Assembly: GCF_053078305.1 (NCBI RefSeq)
Contig: NZ_CP166879.1
Reading direction: 5' to 3' (one strand)
DNA length: 64,000 nucleotides
Program-made: the position numbers and the translations under genes
In this document: positions 26,335 through 35,913 of the stretch, piece by piece
Numbering within the stretch: the first letter of the stretch is position 1
How the letters are laid out: each line of letters begins with the position of its first letter
The notes under the pieces: model-generated
What the model was told of the DNA's origin: nothing
The model's input: only the letters and a program-made list of their open reading frames with translations
The model's database searches: none

Positions 26335-27321
26335 TTAAACCACCCGATCCAGCCCCAACATGCCGCGAGCCTGAATGAAACAAAGCAGCAACGTTCCCCA
26401 TAAGGCCATCGTCAGGTAGGGGCTTATACCGAGAATATTGAAGCCGCTTTCAATAATTTGCAGAAGAAACAGCGCCAACACCATACCAATTATCCGCCCG
26501 CTGCCGCCGTCCGGATTAACCCCGCCGAGTACTGCCGCGAGGATTGACACCAGCAAGTACGATTCGCCATAAGAGGCCTTAGCCGAGTTGAGTTTCGACA
26601 TCATCAAAAATGCCGCTACCGCACAAAGCAAGGCGGAAATGACATAAACCCAAATCAGCACCCGACGAGTGTTAATGCCGGAGTAAAGTGTTGCTCGTTC
26701 GTTAGACCCAATCAGGTAAATGGCTTTACCGAGCGGCGTTTTCTCCAGCAATACCCACAGCCCCAGTGCCACTGCGGCAAACAACCACATCGGTAGCGGA
26801 ATACCGAACCATTGCGCATGATTCAACCACAACACCCATGAGGGATAATTGGCAATGGCGCTACCGCCTGTCACCAGAATATTTATCCCTTTGAGCAACG
26901 TCATCATCCCAAGCGTTGCAAGAATTGGCGACACTCGAATACCAGCAATCAATACGCCGTTACATAAACCGATTATCACCGCCGCGCCAGCGCCCGCCAG
27001 TAACGTAGCGACAACCGTAGCAATACCCGGTGGATACTGAGTCGCCACCCACGCCATCACCAGTGAACAGGCGTTAGCAGTGGCTATAATTGACAAGTTA
27101 ATGCCACCGCAAAGCATGGTCACCGCCATAGCCAACGCCAGAATGCCCAGCACGGGCATTTGCGAAGCGACGGACTGGAAATTACTTATCGACCAGAAAA
27201 TCTCCGGCATAGTAATGCTGAACGCGGCAACAGTTAACACCAGCAGGCCGATCAAGTAAAACTCAACGTTATTACGCCACGATTTTTTCATAGCAGACTC
27301 CGGTTCTGATGCTGACTCCAC
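26335..27321 (-). CDS. Sugar ABC transporter permease (CUT2 family)
   Basis: 328 aa multi-pass membrane protein; overlaps the preceding permease gene; absent at this position in K-12. Confidence 0.85.
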   Translation of the reverse strand: MESASEPESAMKKSWRNNVEFYLIGLLVLTVAAFSITMPEIFWSISNFQSVASQMPVLGILALAMAVTMLCGGINLSIIATANACSLVMAWVATQYPPGIATVVATLLAGAGAAVIIGLCNGVLIAGIRVSPILATLGMMTLLKGINILVTGGSAIANYPSWVLWLNHAQWFGIPLPMWLFAAVALGLWVLLEKTPLGKAIYLIGSNERATLYSGINTRRVLIWVYVISALLCAVAAFLMMSKLNSAKASYGESYLLVSILAAVLGGVNPDGGSGRIIGMVLALFLLQIIESGFNILGISPYLTMALWGTLLLCFIQARGMLGLDRVV

Positions 27322-28259
27322 GCCGTGGCACTAATGCTGGCAACGATGATGATGCCGGTGATCAATGTTTGCCAGTAAGACGAGACTCCCAATAAATTTA
27401 GCCCGTTTTGCATCACTGCCAACAACACCACGCCGAGCAAAGTACCGGTTAACGTGCCGCGCCCGCCGAGCAAACTAGTGCCGCCAAGCACCACCGCAGC
27501 CAGTACTGTCAGCTCATAACCCAGAAGAGAATCGGGGGCGACAGTCATCACCGTCCACGACTGCACTACACCCGCAGCGCCAGACATCAATCCCATATAG
27601 CCATAGACGAAAAGTTGCAGTTTCAGCACGCTAAAGCCGATGCGACTGGCTGATTCGCGGTTCCCGCCAAGGGCATAAATTTTGCGCCCTACACTGGTGA
27701 AATTCATGATAAACGCTGTTAGCAGCACCACCGTAATCATGGCGATCAGCGGCAGACCAAGGCCATAGTCATAGCCATCAGCATCGGTGTACTTGAACAA
27801 CATAACCCCCAGCTCAAACCACGGCGGAAAGTCGTACAGCCACACACCTTTACTCAACCATAACAGCAGGCCATAGAAAATATTCAGCGTCGAGATAGTG
27901 ATGATGATAGAAGGCACCCGTAGGCGATTAACCAGTAAGGCGTTAATTAAGCCAAGTAAAATGCCGATGCAGCCTGCCAGTGCAAACGCGACAGCGAAGT
28001 TGCCACCAATTTTTTGCAGCAACAGCACCATGCCGTATTGCGCAATGATGGTCATTGCTGGAAACGAAATATCAATTCCACCGGAAATCAACACCACAAA
28101 CAAACCACAGGCGAGAATAGTCAACATGGCATAGTTATTGGCGAGATCGTACAAATTACCGAATGTCAGAAACTCGTCGCTGCGCCAGGCAAGGCCAACA
28201 AACAGCACCACAATCAGTAATGCCAGCCAGAATTCATGGCGTTTTTTCAGTTCAGCCAT
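27288..28259 (-). CDS. Sugar ABC transporter permease (CUT2 family)
   Basis: 323 aa multi-pass membrane protein; overlaps the ATPase stop. Confidence 0.85.
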   Translation of the reverse strand: MAELKKRHEFWLALLIVVLFVGLAWRSDEFLTFGNLYDLANNYAMLTILACGLFVVLISGGIDISFPAMTIIAQYGMVLLLQKIGGNFAVAFALAGCIGILLGLINALLVNRLRVPSIIITISTLNIFYGLLLWLSKGVWLYDFPPWFELGVMLFKYTDADGYDYGLGLPLIAMITVVLLTAFIMNFTSVGRKIYALGGNRESASRIGFSVLKLQLFVYGYMGLMSGAAGVVQSWTVMTVAPDSLLGYELTVLAAVVLGGTSLLGGRGTLTGTLLGVVLLAVMQNGLNLLGVSSYWQTLITGIIIVASISATAWSQHQNRSLL

Positions 28260-29736
28260 TTACCACCTCCGCAATCCTGGCCTGAGAACTGCTGTCAGGC
28301 AGGAAGCTATGGGTGATCTGACCTTTTTGCATTACCAAAATCCGGTGGCTTTGATACCACGCTTCTTCAATTTCATCGCAGATCATCAATACCGCAATGC
28401 CATGAGCCGCCAGATCGCTGATAATGCCGTATATTCCTGCTTTGTTGGCGATATCAACACCGACTGTCGGGCTATCGAGAATCAACAGTCGTGGCCCAAT
28501 CGCCAGCCATTTGGCGATCGATACTCGCTGCGCGTTACCACCAGAAAGCGTATTCACCGGGAGATGAGGATCAGAGACTTTGATGGTCAATGCCTTGATT
28601 AGCCTGTCCACCAGGTCACGCACTTTAGCTTCACTCAGAAAGCCGAAGCGATCTTTTACCTTGTGAAAAACAGTGCTAATGATGTTGTCTTCAATAGATT
28701 GCGCCATCACCAAACCGCGCGACATGCGATCTTCCGAAACATAACCAATACCGTGGCGGATGGCGTCCTGGTTACTATGCAGTGTAACCGGCTGGCCGTT
28801 GATGAGGATCTCGCCAGCATCCGGTCGGGTCATACCAAAGAGACTCAGACATAATTCCGTGCGCCCCGCACCAAGCAGGCCAACAATCGATACCACTTCG
28901 CCCGCTTCCACCCGCAAGTTAATATTTAGATATTCCCCATGACGACTTAAATTACGCACCTCCAGCACCGGGGTGCTGGATTTTCCCTGCCACAACTCTC
29001 GCACCTGATATTCAAACTCCTGGCCGGTCATCAGGAAACCGAGTTGTTTTGTGGTCATCTCTGCAGCCGGAAAAGTCCCGACCAGCTCACCATCTTTCAG
29101 CACTGAAATACGGTCGGAAACTTCCATCACTTCTTCCAGACGATGACTGACGAAGACCACGCAGATCCCGCGTTCACGCAATTGATGCACCACCTGTAAT
29201 AACCCTTGCACTTCCTGATGGGTCAGCGAAGCGGTTGGTTCATCCATCACGATCAACCGTGCGTCCTGCGCCAGTGCACGGCAAATAGCCACCAGCTGAC
29301 AGCGGGCAATTGAAAGCTCAGAAACGAGTGTATCCAGTGGCAATGTGACGTTAATACTGGTCATTGCCGCCTGCGCCACCTCACGCAGACGACGGCGGTT
29401 AACAAACAGACCGTGGTGATAGTGATTCACGGCGATATTCTCCCAGACACTCAGGTTAGGAAATAAAGAGAGGTCCTGATAAATCACCTGAATCCCCTGC
29501 GCCACCGAAGCGGCGGGTGTCAGCTTTGACCAGTTTTTCCCACCAAGCGTAATTTCCGCTCCCTCATCCGGGCGATAAACACCGGACATAATTTTAATCA
29601 ACGTCGATTTACCACAGCCGTTTTGCCCGGCAAGGCAGTGCACTTCACCCGACATAAAGTCGAGAGAAACATCGCGCAGCGCTCGCGTGGCATGAAACGT
29701 TTTGTTGATATGACGAAGGGAAAGGAAGGTTTCCAT
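28252..29736 (-). CDS. Sugar ABC transporter ATP-binding protein (two fused NBDs)
   Basis: Walker A GQNGCGKST and a second NBD (GLLGAGRTE); LSGGNAQR signature; start taken at ATG 29736 with AGGGGA upstream (track ORF starts at TTG 29751). Confidence 0.88.
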   Translation of the reverse strand: METFLSLRHINKTFHATRALRDVSLDFMSGEVHCLAGQNGCGKSTLIKIMSGVYRPDEGAEITLGGKNWSKLTPAASVAQGIQVIYQDLSLFPNLSVWENIAVNHYHHGLFVNRRRLREVAQAAMTSINVTLPLDTLVSELSIARCQLVAICRALAQDARLIVMDEPTASLTHQEVQGLLQVVHQLRERGICVVFVSHRLEEVMEVSDRISVLKDGELVGTFPAAEMTTKQLGFLMTGQEFEYQVRELWQGKSSTPVLEVRNLSRHGEYLNINLRVEAGEVVSIVGLLGAGRTELCLSLFGMTRPDAGEILINGQPVTLHSNQDAIRHGIGYVSEDRMSRGLVMAQSIEDNIISTVFHKVKDRFGFLSEAKVRDLVDRLIKALTIKVSDPHLPVNTLSGGNAQRVSIAKWLAIGPRLLILDSPTVGVDIANKAGIYGIISDLAAHGIAVLMICDEIEEAWYQSHRILVMQKGQITHSFLPDSSSQARIAEVVNG

Positions 29737-29784
29737 AACATCCCCTGGCAATAAGAATCGGGGCTTTCGCCCCGAAGAAATGGA

Positions 29785-30771
29785 TTAATAAAGTGAGTCG
29801 ATATTGTCTTTGTTGACCAGTAATACCTTATGGAAACGGATAATTCGCTTATCCATATCTACGTCGGCCTTACCCAGATTCTGCATTTCTAATCCAGGTT
29901 TGATCTCTTCACCCTTCAGCAACGTGCTGGCGACGGCTGCGAGTGCGTAACCTGCAGAGGCCGGATCGTAAGTAATCCCTTCGGTGATATCACCACTTTT
30001 AATCAGTGATGCCGCCTGTGAAGGGATCATCATGCCATAGACTGCGACTTTATTTTTCGCCCGTTTCTCTTTCACCGCACGTCCCGCGCCAATCGGACCG
30101 TTTGAACCAAAGGAGACAACCGCTTTCAAGTCAGGATAGGTTTTCATCAGGTCCAGTGTAGTACGACGTGAGTCATTCACACTCTCGGCAACCGGCATGC
30201 GGCGGGTAACTTCATGCATATCCGGGTAATGCTCTTTCTGGTATTTCACCAGCAAGTCAGCCCATAAGTTATGCTGCGGCACGGTCAAACTACCCACGTA
30301 AATCACATAGCCGCCCTTGCCACCCATGCGTTTCGCCATATGCTCAACATATTCAGCGGCAAATTTTTCGTTATCAATGATTTCGATATCCCAGTTAGCA
30401 CTTGGCTGACCGGGGGATTCGTTGGTCAGAACCACAATTCCGGCATCTCGCGCTTTTTTGAATACCGGTTCCAGCACGTTGGCATCGTTTGGCACGATAG
30501 TAATTGCATTAACCTTACGGGCGATTAAATCCTCAATAATTTTAACTTGTTGCGGAGCATCAGTACTTGAAGGCCCCACCTGTGAGGCATTAACACCAAA
30601 GGCTTTACCCGCCTCAACCACACCTTCGCCCATGCGATTAAACCACGGCATACCATCGACTTTAGAAATATTCACCACGACTTTTTCCGCTGCCTGGAGC
30701 GGCGCAGAAATTAGCGCAGCGCCTAATAACAGCGAAGACACCATATTGATAACAAAACGTTTATTCATCAT
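29785..30771 (-). CDS. Periplasmic sugar-binding protein (RbsB/YtfQ-like)
   Basis: 328 aa with signal peptide MMNKRFVINMVSSLLLGAALISAPLQA; periplasmic binding protein type I fold. Confidence 0.85.
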   Translation of the reverse strand: MMNKRFVINMVSSLLLGAALISAPLQAAEKVVVNISKVDGMPWFNRMGEGVVEAGKAFGVNASQVGPSSTDAPQQVKIIEDLIARKVNAITIVPNDANVLEPVFKKARDAGIVVLTNESPGQPSANWDIEIIDNEKFAAEYVEHMAKRMGGKGGYVIYVGSLTVPQHNLWADLLVKYQKEHYPDMHEVTRRMPVAESVNDSRRTTLDLMKTYPDLKAVVSFGSNGPIGAGRAVKEKRAKNKVAVYGMMIPSQAASLIKSGDITEGITYDPASAGYALAAVASTLLKGEEIKPGLEMQNLGKADVDMDKRIIRFHKVLLVNKDNIDSLY

Positions 30772-31021
30772 TTCAGCCTCATTGCAGGGTAGTCAGGAAG
30801 TGTTCGCCCAAATTAGCGCGCTGGAGAGAATGAGAATTTTCGAATATTTTTATGCAGAATAAACAGCTCTATTTCAGGCAGCTATTAAAAATATGGTTAT
30901 AAATATGGACAAAACGGGCAGCAATAATAAGTGTGACATTCATCACGTAAAAAATAGCAAAATAAACAAAATTAGCGATATTTTATGTTTGTGAGCTTAT
31001 TTCGTGTAGATAAATAGTTAT

Positions 31022-31432
31022 CTACACAACGTCAATAAGGGCATATTCTTCAAAGATAACGTCCATTTCTGGTGAATAGCTTCCTTCTGCCTGGAAAAAA
31101 CGACGGTGTTCATTACGCCAATATTCAAGACTGAGGTCACCTTCACCTTCCTTACGGGCAAGCTCCGCGGTGACATCAGAAAAGCGCAGTAAATGCAGGC
31201 CAATCACTCTGATAACACATACAGGCTCACCACGGCTATTTTCTACAATCTTATACTCACCAATCATCGGAAATGCGTTGTCTTCAATACATCCCGCCAG
31301 CGAACCACAGGAAGCTGTTTTAACACCAGTCGCAATCAACGTTGCGAGGTGATCGGCCAACGCGGCTGAATCGCCAAAAGTACAAAAGGAAGCATGGGGA
31401 TATTTTTGTGAGAATTTTTCTTTTATGGTCAT
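31022..31432 (-). CDS. ASCH-domain (PUA-like) protein
   Basis: MTIKEKFSQKYPHASFCTFGDSAALADHLATLIATGVKTASCGS... resembles ASCH/YqfB-type domains; start uncertain (ATG 31432 or TTG 31462). Confidence 0.6.
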   Translation of the reverse strand: MTIKEKFSQKYPHASFCTFGDSAALADHLATLIATGVKTASCGSLAGCIEDNAFPMIGEYKIVENSRGEPVCVIRVIGLHLLRFSDVTAELARKEGEGDLSLEYWRNEHRRFFQAEGSYSPEMDVIFEEYALIDVV

Positions 31433-31730
31433 GGCAATATTTTTGCGATTACGGAAAAACAAATCACATCTTAATTACTGTTGGTAACCATCAGCAAGAG
31501 TATCATTGGTTTTTCGATACTGAATCTTTTTTATCCGAAGCAGGTCACATTTATGGCCTGATAAATACCTTTGTTAAAACTCACTTTTGTGTATTTCTCT
31601 CAAATAATCCCCTGGAAATTATGCCGGGAGATTATAAAGTTCAGGATCATTCATTAGCAAACCATTCCCGCCCCACTCCCTGGGGCTTAAATCTCTTACT
31701 ATTCACCGTTGCAGGCGTTTCAAATGCGCA

Positions 31731-33113
31731 TCAACCTGCCACACTCCCCCACACCAGTTGCCCTTTATGGAACGTTGCGGTTCTCGGCGAGATACGCGCC
31801 ACCGCCTCGGCGGAACAGGAGGCGTCCACCAGCACAAAGCTGGCGTCATCCTGCGCTTTTGGCCATACACGCTCGCCTTTTTCATTCAGCGGCAATACAT
31901 CGCCAGTGGCTAGAAACAGCGAACGGGAGAGGTTCTGTTCGTTAGGACGAATATAGAGCTGCGCGTAGAGATTGGCTTTTTCCAGCATGTCGCCCAGACC
32001 ATAAGGCGACCAGTGGTCGATAACGCTGTCAGTGCCAGTCATCACTTTTACGCCTTTGTCGTGCAACTGTTTGAGCGGCATATGCAGCGTGCCAATCGGC
32101 ACTGTCGAGGCGATAGAAATTTGCTGCACCGCCATCCGGTGCGCCAGTTCATCTACCTGTTGTTCGTTGAGCGTTGCCAGCGCAAAGGCGTGACTGATGG
32201 TCAGCTTGCCCTTCAGCTGTGGCGTTTTCTCTACCGTTTCAACCATATAATTGATGGCCGCCACGCCTGCCGGAGTGGTTTCGTGCAGGTGAATATCGAC
32301 GCCTTTGTCGTAGTCCATCGCAATCTGAAACATGGTGTCGAGGGATTTTTCCATCGCGCCATCAACACTGGTCGGGTCCAGGCCGCCGACATAATGCGCC
32401 CCCGCCTGCATCGCTTCACGCATCAAAGGTTCAGATTTCGACAGTAGCAAACCGTGCTGCGGGAAGGCGACGATTTCACACTCAAAGCCCGCCTGACGTC
32501 GCGCCAGCACCGCCTGCAAATTTTGCAGATTTTTCAGGCCGGAAACCGGTTCGATATTGCAGTGGCTGCGGGCAATGGTGGTGCCTTTCGACTGCAATAA
32601 ATCAATCAGTTTTTCTGCCCGCTCCTGAGTGTACGGTTGCAGCTCCGGCAGCATTTTCTGCTCGAGTTTGATCATGTCCTGGATGGTGGTGCCTGCCGGG
32701 CGATTGAGCGAGCGCCACGGCCCGCCGTAAAAGGTTTTGTCGAGATGAATATGCATGTCGCGGGTGGTGGGCAGCATCAGCTTATCGCCAGCGTCATAGT
32801 GCGGCAGCGTGGCACCCGGGTGCTGCTTATTCTCGCGCAGTGCGACAATTTTGCCGTTCTGAATCTCCACGGTCTGGCGCGCCGTGCGGGTCTGCACCGC
32901 CACGCCATTTTCGTAGTCAAATCCAGTTTCCAGCAGCACGTTGTCGAGATAGTAATGCGGGTCAGTGATTTTCATGGTGTTGTTCGCTTCGCAGTTTGTG
33001 GTGCCAGAGACCGCCGCATGGGCGAGCGGCACAGAGGTACCAAACAGCGCGGCGGCGGTGACCATCTTACCGCTCTGGCTCAGAAATTCACGGCGGCTAT
33101 TGCTTTCTTTCAT
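31731..33113 (-). CDS. yahJ: Amidohydrolase-family deaminase
   Basis: 460 aa with Tat-like signal (SRREFLSQSGKMVTAAALFG); metal-dependent hydrolase motifs (HIHLD). Confidence 0.9.
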   Translation of the reverse strand: MKESNSRREFLSQSGKMVTAAALFGTSVPLAHAAVSGTTNCEANNTMKITDPHYYLDNVLLETGFDYENGVAVQTRTARQTVEIQNGKIVALRENKQHPGATLPHYDAGDKLMLPTTRDMHIHLDKTFYGGPWRSLNRPAGTTIQDMIKLEQKMLPELQPYTQERAEKLIDLLQSKGTTIARSHCNIEPVSGLKNLQNLQAVLARRQAGFECEIVAFPQHGLLLSKSEPLMREAMQAGAHYVGGLDPTSVDGAMEKSLDTMFQIAMDYDKGVDIHLHETTPAGVAAINYMVETVEKTPQLKGKLTISHAFALATLNEQQVDELAHRMAVQQISIASTVPIGTLHMPLKQLHDKGVKVMTGTDSVIDHWSPYGLGDMLEKANLYAQLYIRPNEQNLSRSLFLATGDVLPLNEKGERVWPKAQDDASFVLVDASCSAEAVARISPRTATFHKGQLVWGSVAG

Positions 33114-33122
33114 CTTACGTCC

Positions 33123-34073
33123 TTACGTTTTAATAATATGGGTGCCCGTTTCGCCACGCAGCGCCGCGGGCAGGCATTCCGGCGTGGTGATAATCACTTC
33201 TTTACCGCCCTGTTCCAGGAACGTCAGGCTGGCGATGATTTTTGGCAACATGCTGCCGGGCGGGAAATGTCCTTCCTGCATATAGCGAGTCATGGTGGCA
33301 ATATCCACCCGATCGAGCGCCTGCTGCTCGGGTTTGCCAAAATGAATACACACTTTTTCCACGCCGGTGGTGATCACCAGAATGTCGGCGTGAATTTCAC
33401 GGGCCAGCAGCGCGGTAGAGAGATCTTTGTCGATAACCGCGTCCACGCTTTGGTAATCTCCCGCGTCAGTACGCACCACAGGAATTCCGCCGCCGCCCGC
33501 GCCAATCACCACAAAGCCTTGTTGGATCAGCGCCTTAATGGCAGGTGCTTCGACAATACGTTTCGGTTCCGGCGAGGCGACCACGCGGCGATAGCCCCGT
33601 CCGGCATCTTCAACAAAACGCCAGTCAGGGTTTGCCTTTTGTAGTTCGTCACGCTGGCTGTCACTAAAGAATGCGCCGATGGGCTTGGTGGGATGGGCAA
33701 ATCCCGGATCGTTTTTATCCACTTCCACCTGAGTCACCACGGTGACGGCTTTTTTCTCGCCGTGACGCGCCAGTCGGTTGTTCAGCGCCTGTTGGATCAG
33801 ATAGCCAATGCCGCCTTGCGTATCCGCTACACAGTTCGCCAGCGGCGTTAATGGCAGCCCTTCGCGCTCGTGGGCAATCTCCGCACGGCGTAAATCCAGC
33901 CCGACCTGCGGCCCGTTGCCGTGGGTCAGCACAATGTCGTAATCGGAAGCCAGCATTTCCAGCACCGTATCGGCGACGGCTTTCACCGCCTCCGCCTGAT
34001 GCTCAATCGACTGGCTGGCATTATCTTTGATAATGCTGTTGCCACCAATGGCAACGACCACAAGCTCTTTCAT
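33123..34073 (-). CDS. yahI: Carbamate kinase-like protein
   Basis: 316 aa; MKELVVVAIGGNSI... amino acid kinase fold; GGGIPV motif. Confidence 0.92.
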   Translation of the reverse strand: MKELVVVAIGGNSIIKDNASQSIEHQAEAVKAVADTVLEMLASDYDIVLTHGNGPQVGLDLRRAEIAHEREGLPLTPLANCVADTQGGIGYLIQQALNNRLARHGEKKAVTVVTQVEVDKNDPGFAHPTKPIGAFFSDSQRDELQKANPDWRFVEDAGRGYRRVVASPEPKRIVEAPAIKALIQQGFVVIGAGGGGIPVVRTDAGDYQSVDAVIDKDLSTALLAREIHADILVITTGVEKVCIHFGKPEQQALDRVDIATMTRYMQEGHFPPGSMLPKIIASLTFLEQGGKEVIITTPECLPAALRGETGTHIIKT

Positions 34074-34111
34074 GTTGTTATGTCCGCTACAGAGGGTGAT
34101 GAGGTTATGAC

Positions 34112-34486
34112 CAACGCCAGACTGCCTGATGCGCTACGCTTATCAGGCCTACAATTCTCGCGCCACTCGTAGGCCGGATAAGGCGTCCACGCCGCATCCG
34201 GCAATGGTGACAAATGCCTGATGCGCTACGCTTATCAGGCCTACAAATTCTCGTGCCATTCGTGGGCCGGATAAGGCGTTCACGCCGCATCCGGCAATGG
34301 TGACAAATGCCTGATGCGCTACGCTTATCAGGCCTACAGATTCTTGCGCCATTCGTAGGCCGGATAAGGCATTCACGCCGCATCCGGCAATGGTGACAAA
34401 TGCCTGATGCGCTACGCTTATCAGGCCTACAAATTCTTGCGCCACTTGTAGGCCGGATAAGGCGTTCACGCCGCATCCGGCATGAA
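34112..34486. repeat. Tandem REP/BIME cluster (about 4 units)
   Basis: Repeated gcctgatgcgctacgcttatcaggcctaca...gtaggccggataaggcgttcacgccgcatccggca between yahI and yahG. Confidence 0.9.
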
Positions 34487-34494
34487 CATGTAGG

Positions 34495-35913
34495 TCAGAC
34501 GCCGTAACGTTCGCACCAGCCGAGAATGGCTTTCTCGAAGCAGGCGAATGGTGGATGCACAATGCCCGCGCCAATCATGCCGACGCCCGCATCTTTATGG
34601 GCGATGGCGGTGTTGATCACTGGCAGAATGCCGCTGCTACCCACGCGGGTGATGTCGATTGCCGACGGCACGCCCATAAAACCGAGCAGCGGAATGGTGA
34701 CGTTGGGGTTTTCGCCAAGGGTGATTTCACGCATCTGGCGGGAGAAATCGATAGCCTCTTCCACCGAGCCACCCACCAGCGCGACGATTGCAGGTGCGGT
34801 CGCCATGGCAAACCCGCCAATACCGTAGGTTTCTGTGATGGCGCTGTCGCCGATATCCAGCCCCGAATCTTCCGGCTTATAACCAGCAAACATCGGGCCG
34901 ATCACCTGCTGCGCTGGGCCGGTAAACCAATGCCCCGGCAGGCCGCTGACCCGCAGGCCGAACTCGACGCCGTTACGCGCCATGGTGGTAACGACGGTGC
35001 TGTATTCGATGCCGTGCGCCGCATCCATCGCCGCTTTACACATCGCCATCCACGTCGGGCCGGAGAAGTAGTCGCTGCTGGCGACAAACTCAAACACTTC
35101 GCGCTGTTGCTCGACGGAGTAGCCCGCCTGAATAATCCCCGGCGTCAGCGCCTGAATCAGCAGCGTCGTCCCGGCGTTATTGCGGTTATGGCACTCATCG
35201 CCCATATGCAGCGCCTGCGCCAGCATTAAGCGCAGATCGATCTCGCCGATAATTTTCATCGCGTCGCGCAGTATTGGTCCCTGCACATCACGCATCCAGT
35301 TCAGGCGGTCAATCACGCTCTGGTCGTTAGCGCCCATACGCAAAATCTTCGCCATCTGCTCGCTCATGTTGGTATAAGCGATGTTGCCGTAGGTTTTGTT
35401 TTTTACGATGTGCATAAACATCGAGGCCGAGGTAACACCCGCCATCGATCCCACGCAGTCGTGCTCGTGACACGGCGAGAAGGTGATCTCCCCGGAAGCC
35501 GCCAGTTCAGCCGCCTCGTCGAGATCTTTCGCCAGTCCTTCGAACACCAGCGCTCCGGTGACCGCGCCTTTCATCGCGCCGCACATTTTTTCCCAGGTGA
35601 TCGGCGGCCCGGCGTGAAGAATGGTTTTCGGCGTCATGCCCGGCACCACGTTAATCGCCTGATCAAAACCAATTAGCACCGGATGCGACTGGATAATGCG
35701 TTCCAGCGCCTGCTGGTTAGCGGCGGCGATTTTGTCTGCCAGCGGCGAATCGGCAATGTTATCCAGCGCCTGCACCACCTGCATATTGCCCTGCCCCGGC
35801 GGCGTCCAGTCGAGTTGAGTCACTTCTACATGCTGCTTTTTCAGGTCATCGCTAAACATGGCGATGCCGACGTTAATAACGTTCAATGGTTGGCTAAACA
35901 GTGACTGGCTCAT
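34495..35913 (-). CDS. yahG: DUF1116-family protein (YlbE paralogue)
   Basis: 472 aa; size and position match yahG. Confidence 0.88.
   Translation of the reverse strand: MSQSLFSQPLNVINVGIAMFSDDLKKQHVEVTQLDWTPPGQGNMQVVQALDNIADSPLADKIAAANQQALERIIQSHPVLIGFDQAINVVPGMTPKTILHAGPPITWEKMCGAMKGAVTGALVFEGLAKDLDEAAELAASGEITFSPCHEHDCVGSMAGVTSASMFMHIVKNKTYGNIAYTNMSEQMAKILRMGANDQSVIDRLNWMRDVQGPILRDAMKIIGEIDLRLMLAQALHMGDECHNRNNAGTTLLIQALTPGIIQAGYSVEQQREVFEFVASSDYFSGPTWMAMCKAAMDAAHGIEYSTVVTTMARNGVEFGLRVSGLPGHWFTGPAQQVIGPMFAGYKPEDSGLDIGDSAITETYGIGGFAMATAPAIVALVGGSVEEAIDFSRQMREITLGENPNVTIPLLGFMGVPSAIDITRVGSSGILPVINTAIAHKDAGVGMIGAGIVHPPFACFEKAILGWCERYGV

Noticed and set aside
32637-33644. 335-aa plus-strand ORF
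   Set aside because: Antisense overlap of yahJ and yahI, no RBS, His/Arg-rich composition; spurious.
34105-34574. Two minus-strand ORFs of 123 and 141 aa with internally repeated peptides
   Set aside because: Lie entirely within the tandem BIME cluster; the repeats in the protein mirror the DNA repeats. Not genes and not a CRISPR array (no unique spacers; units are about 90 bp and palindromic).
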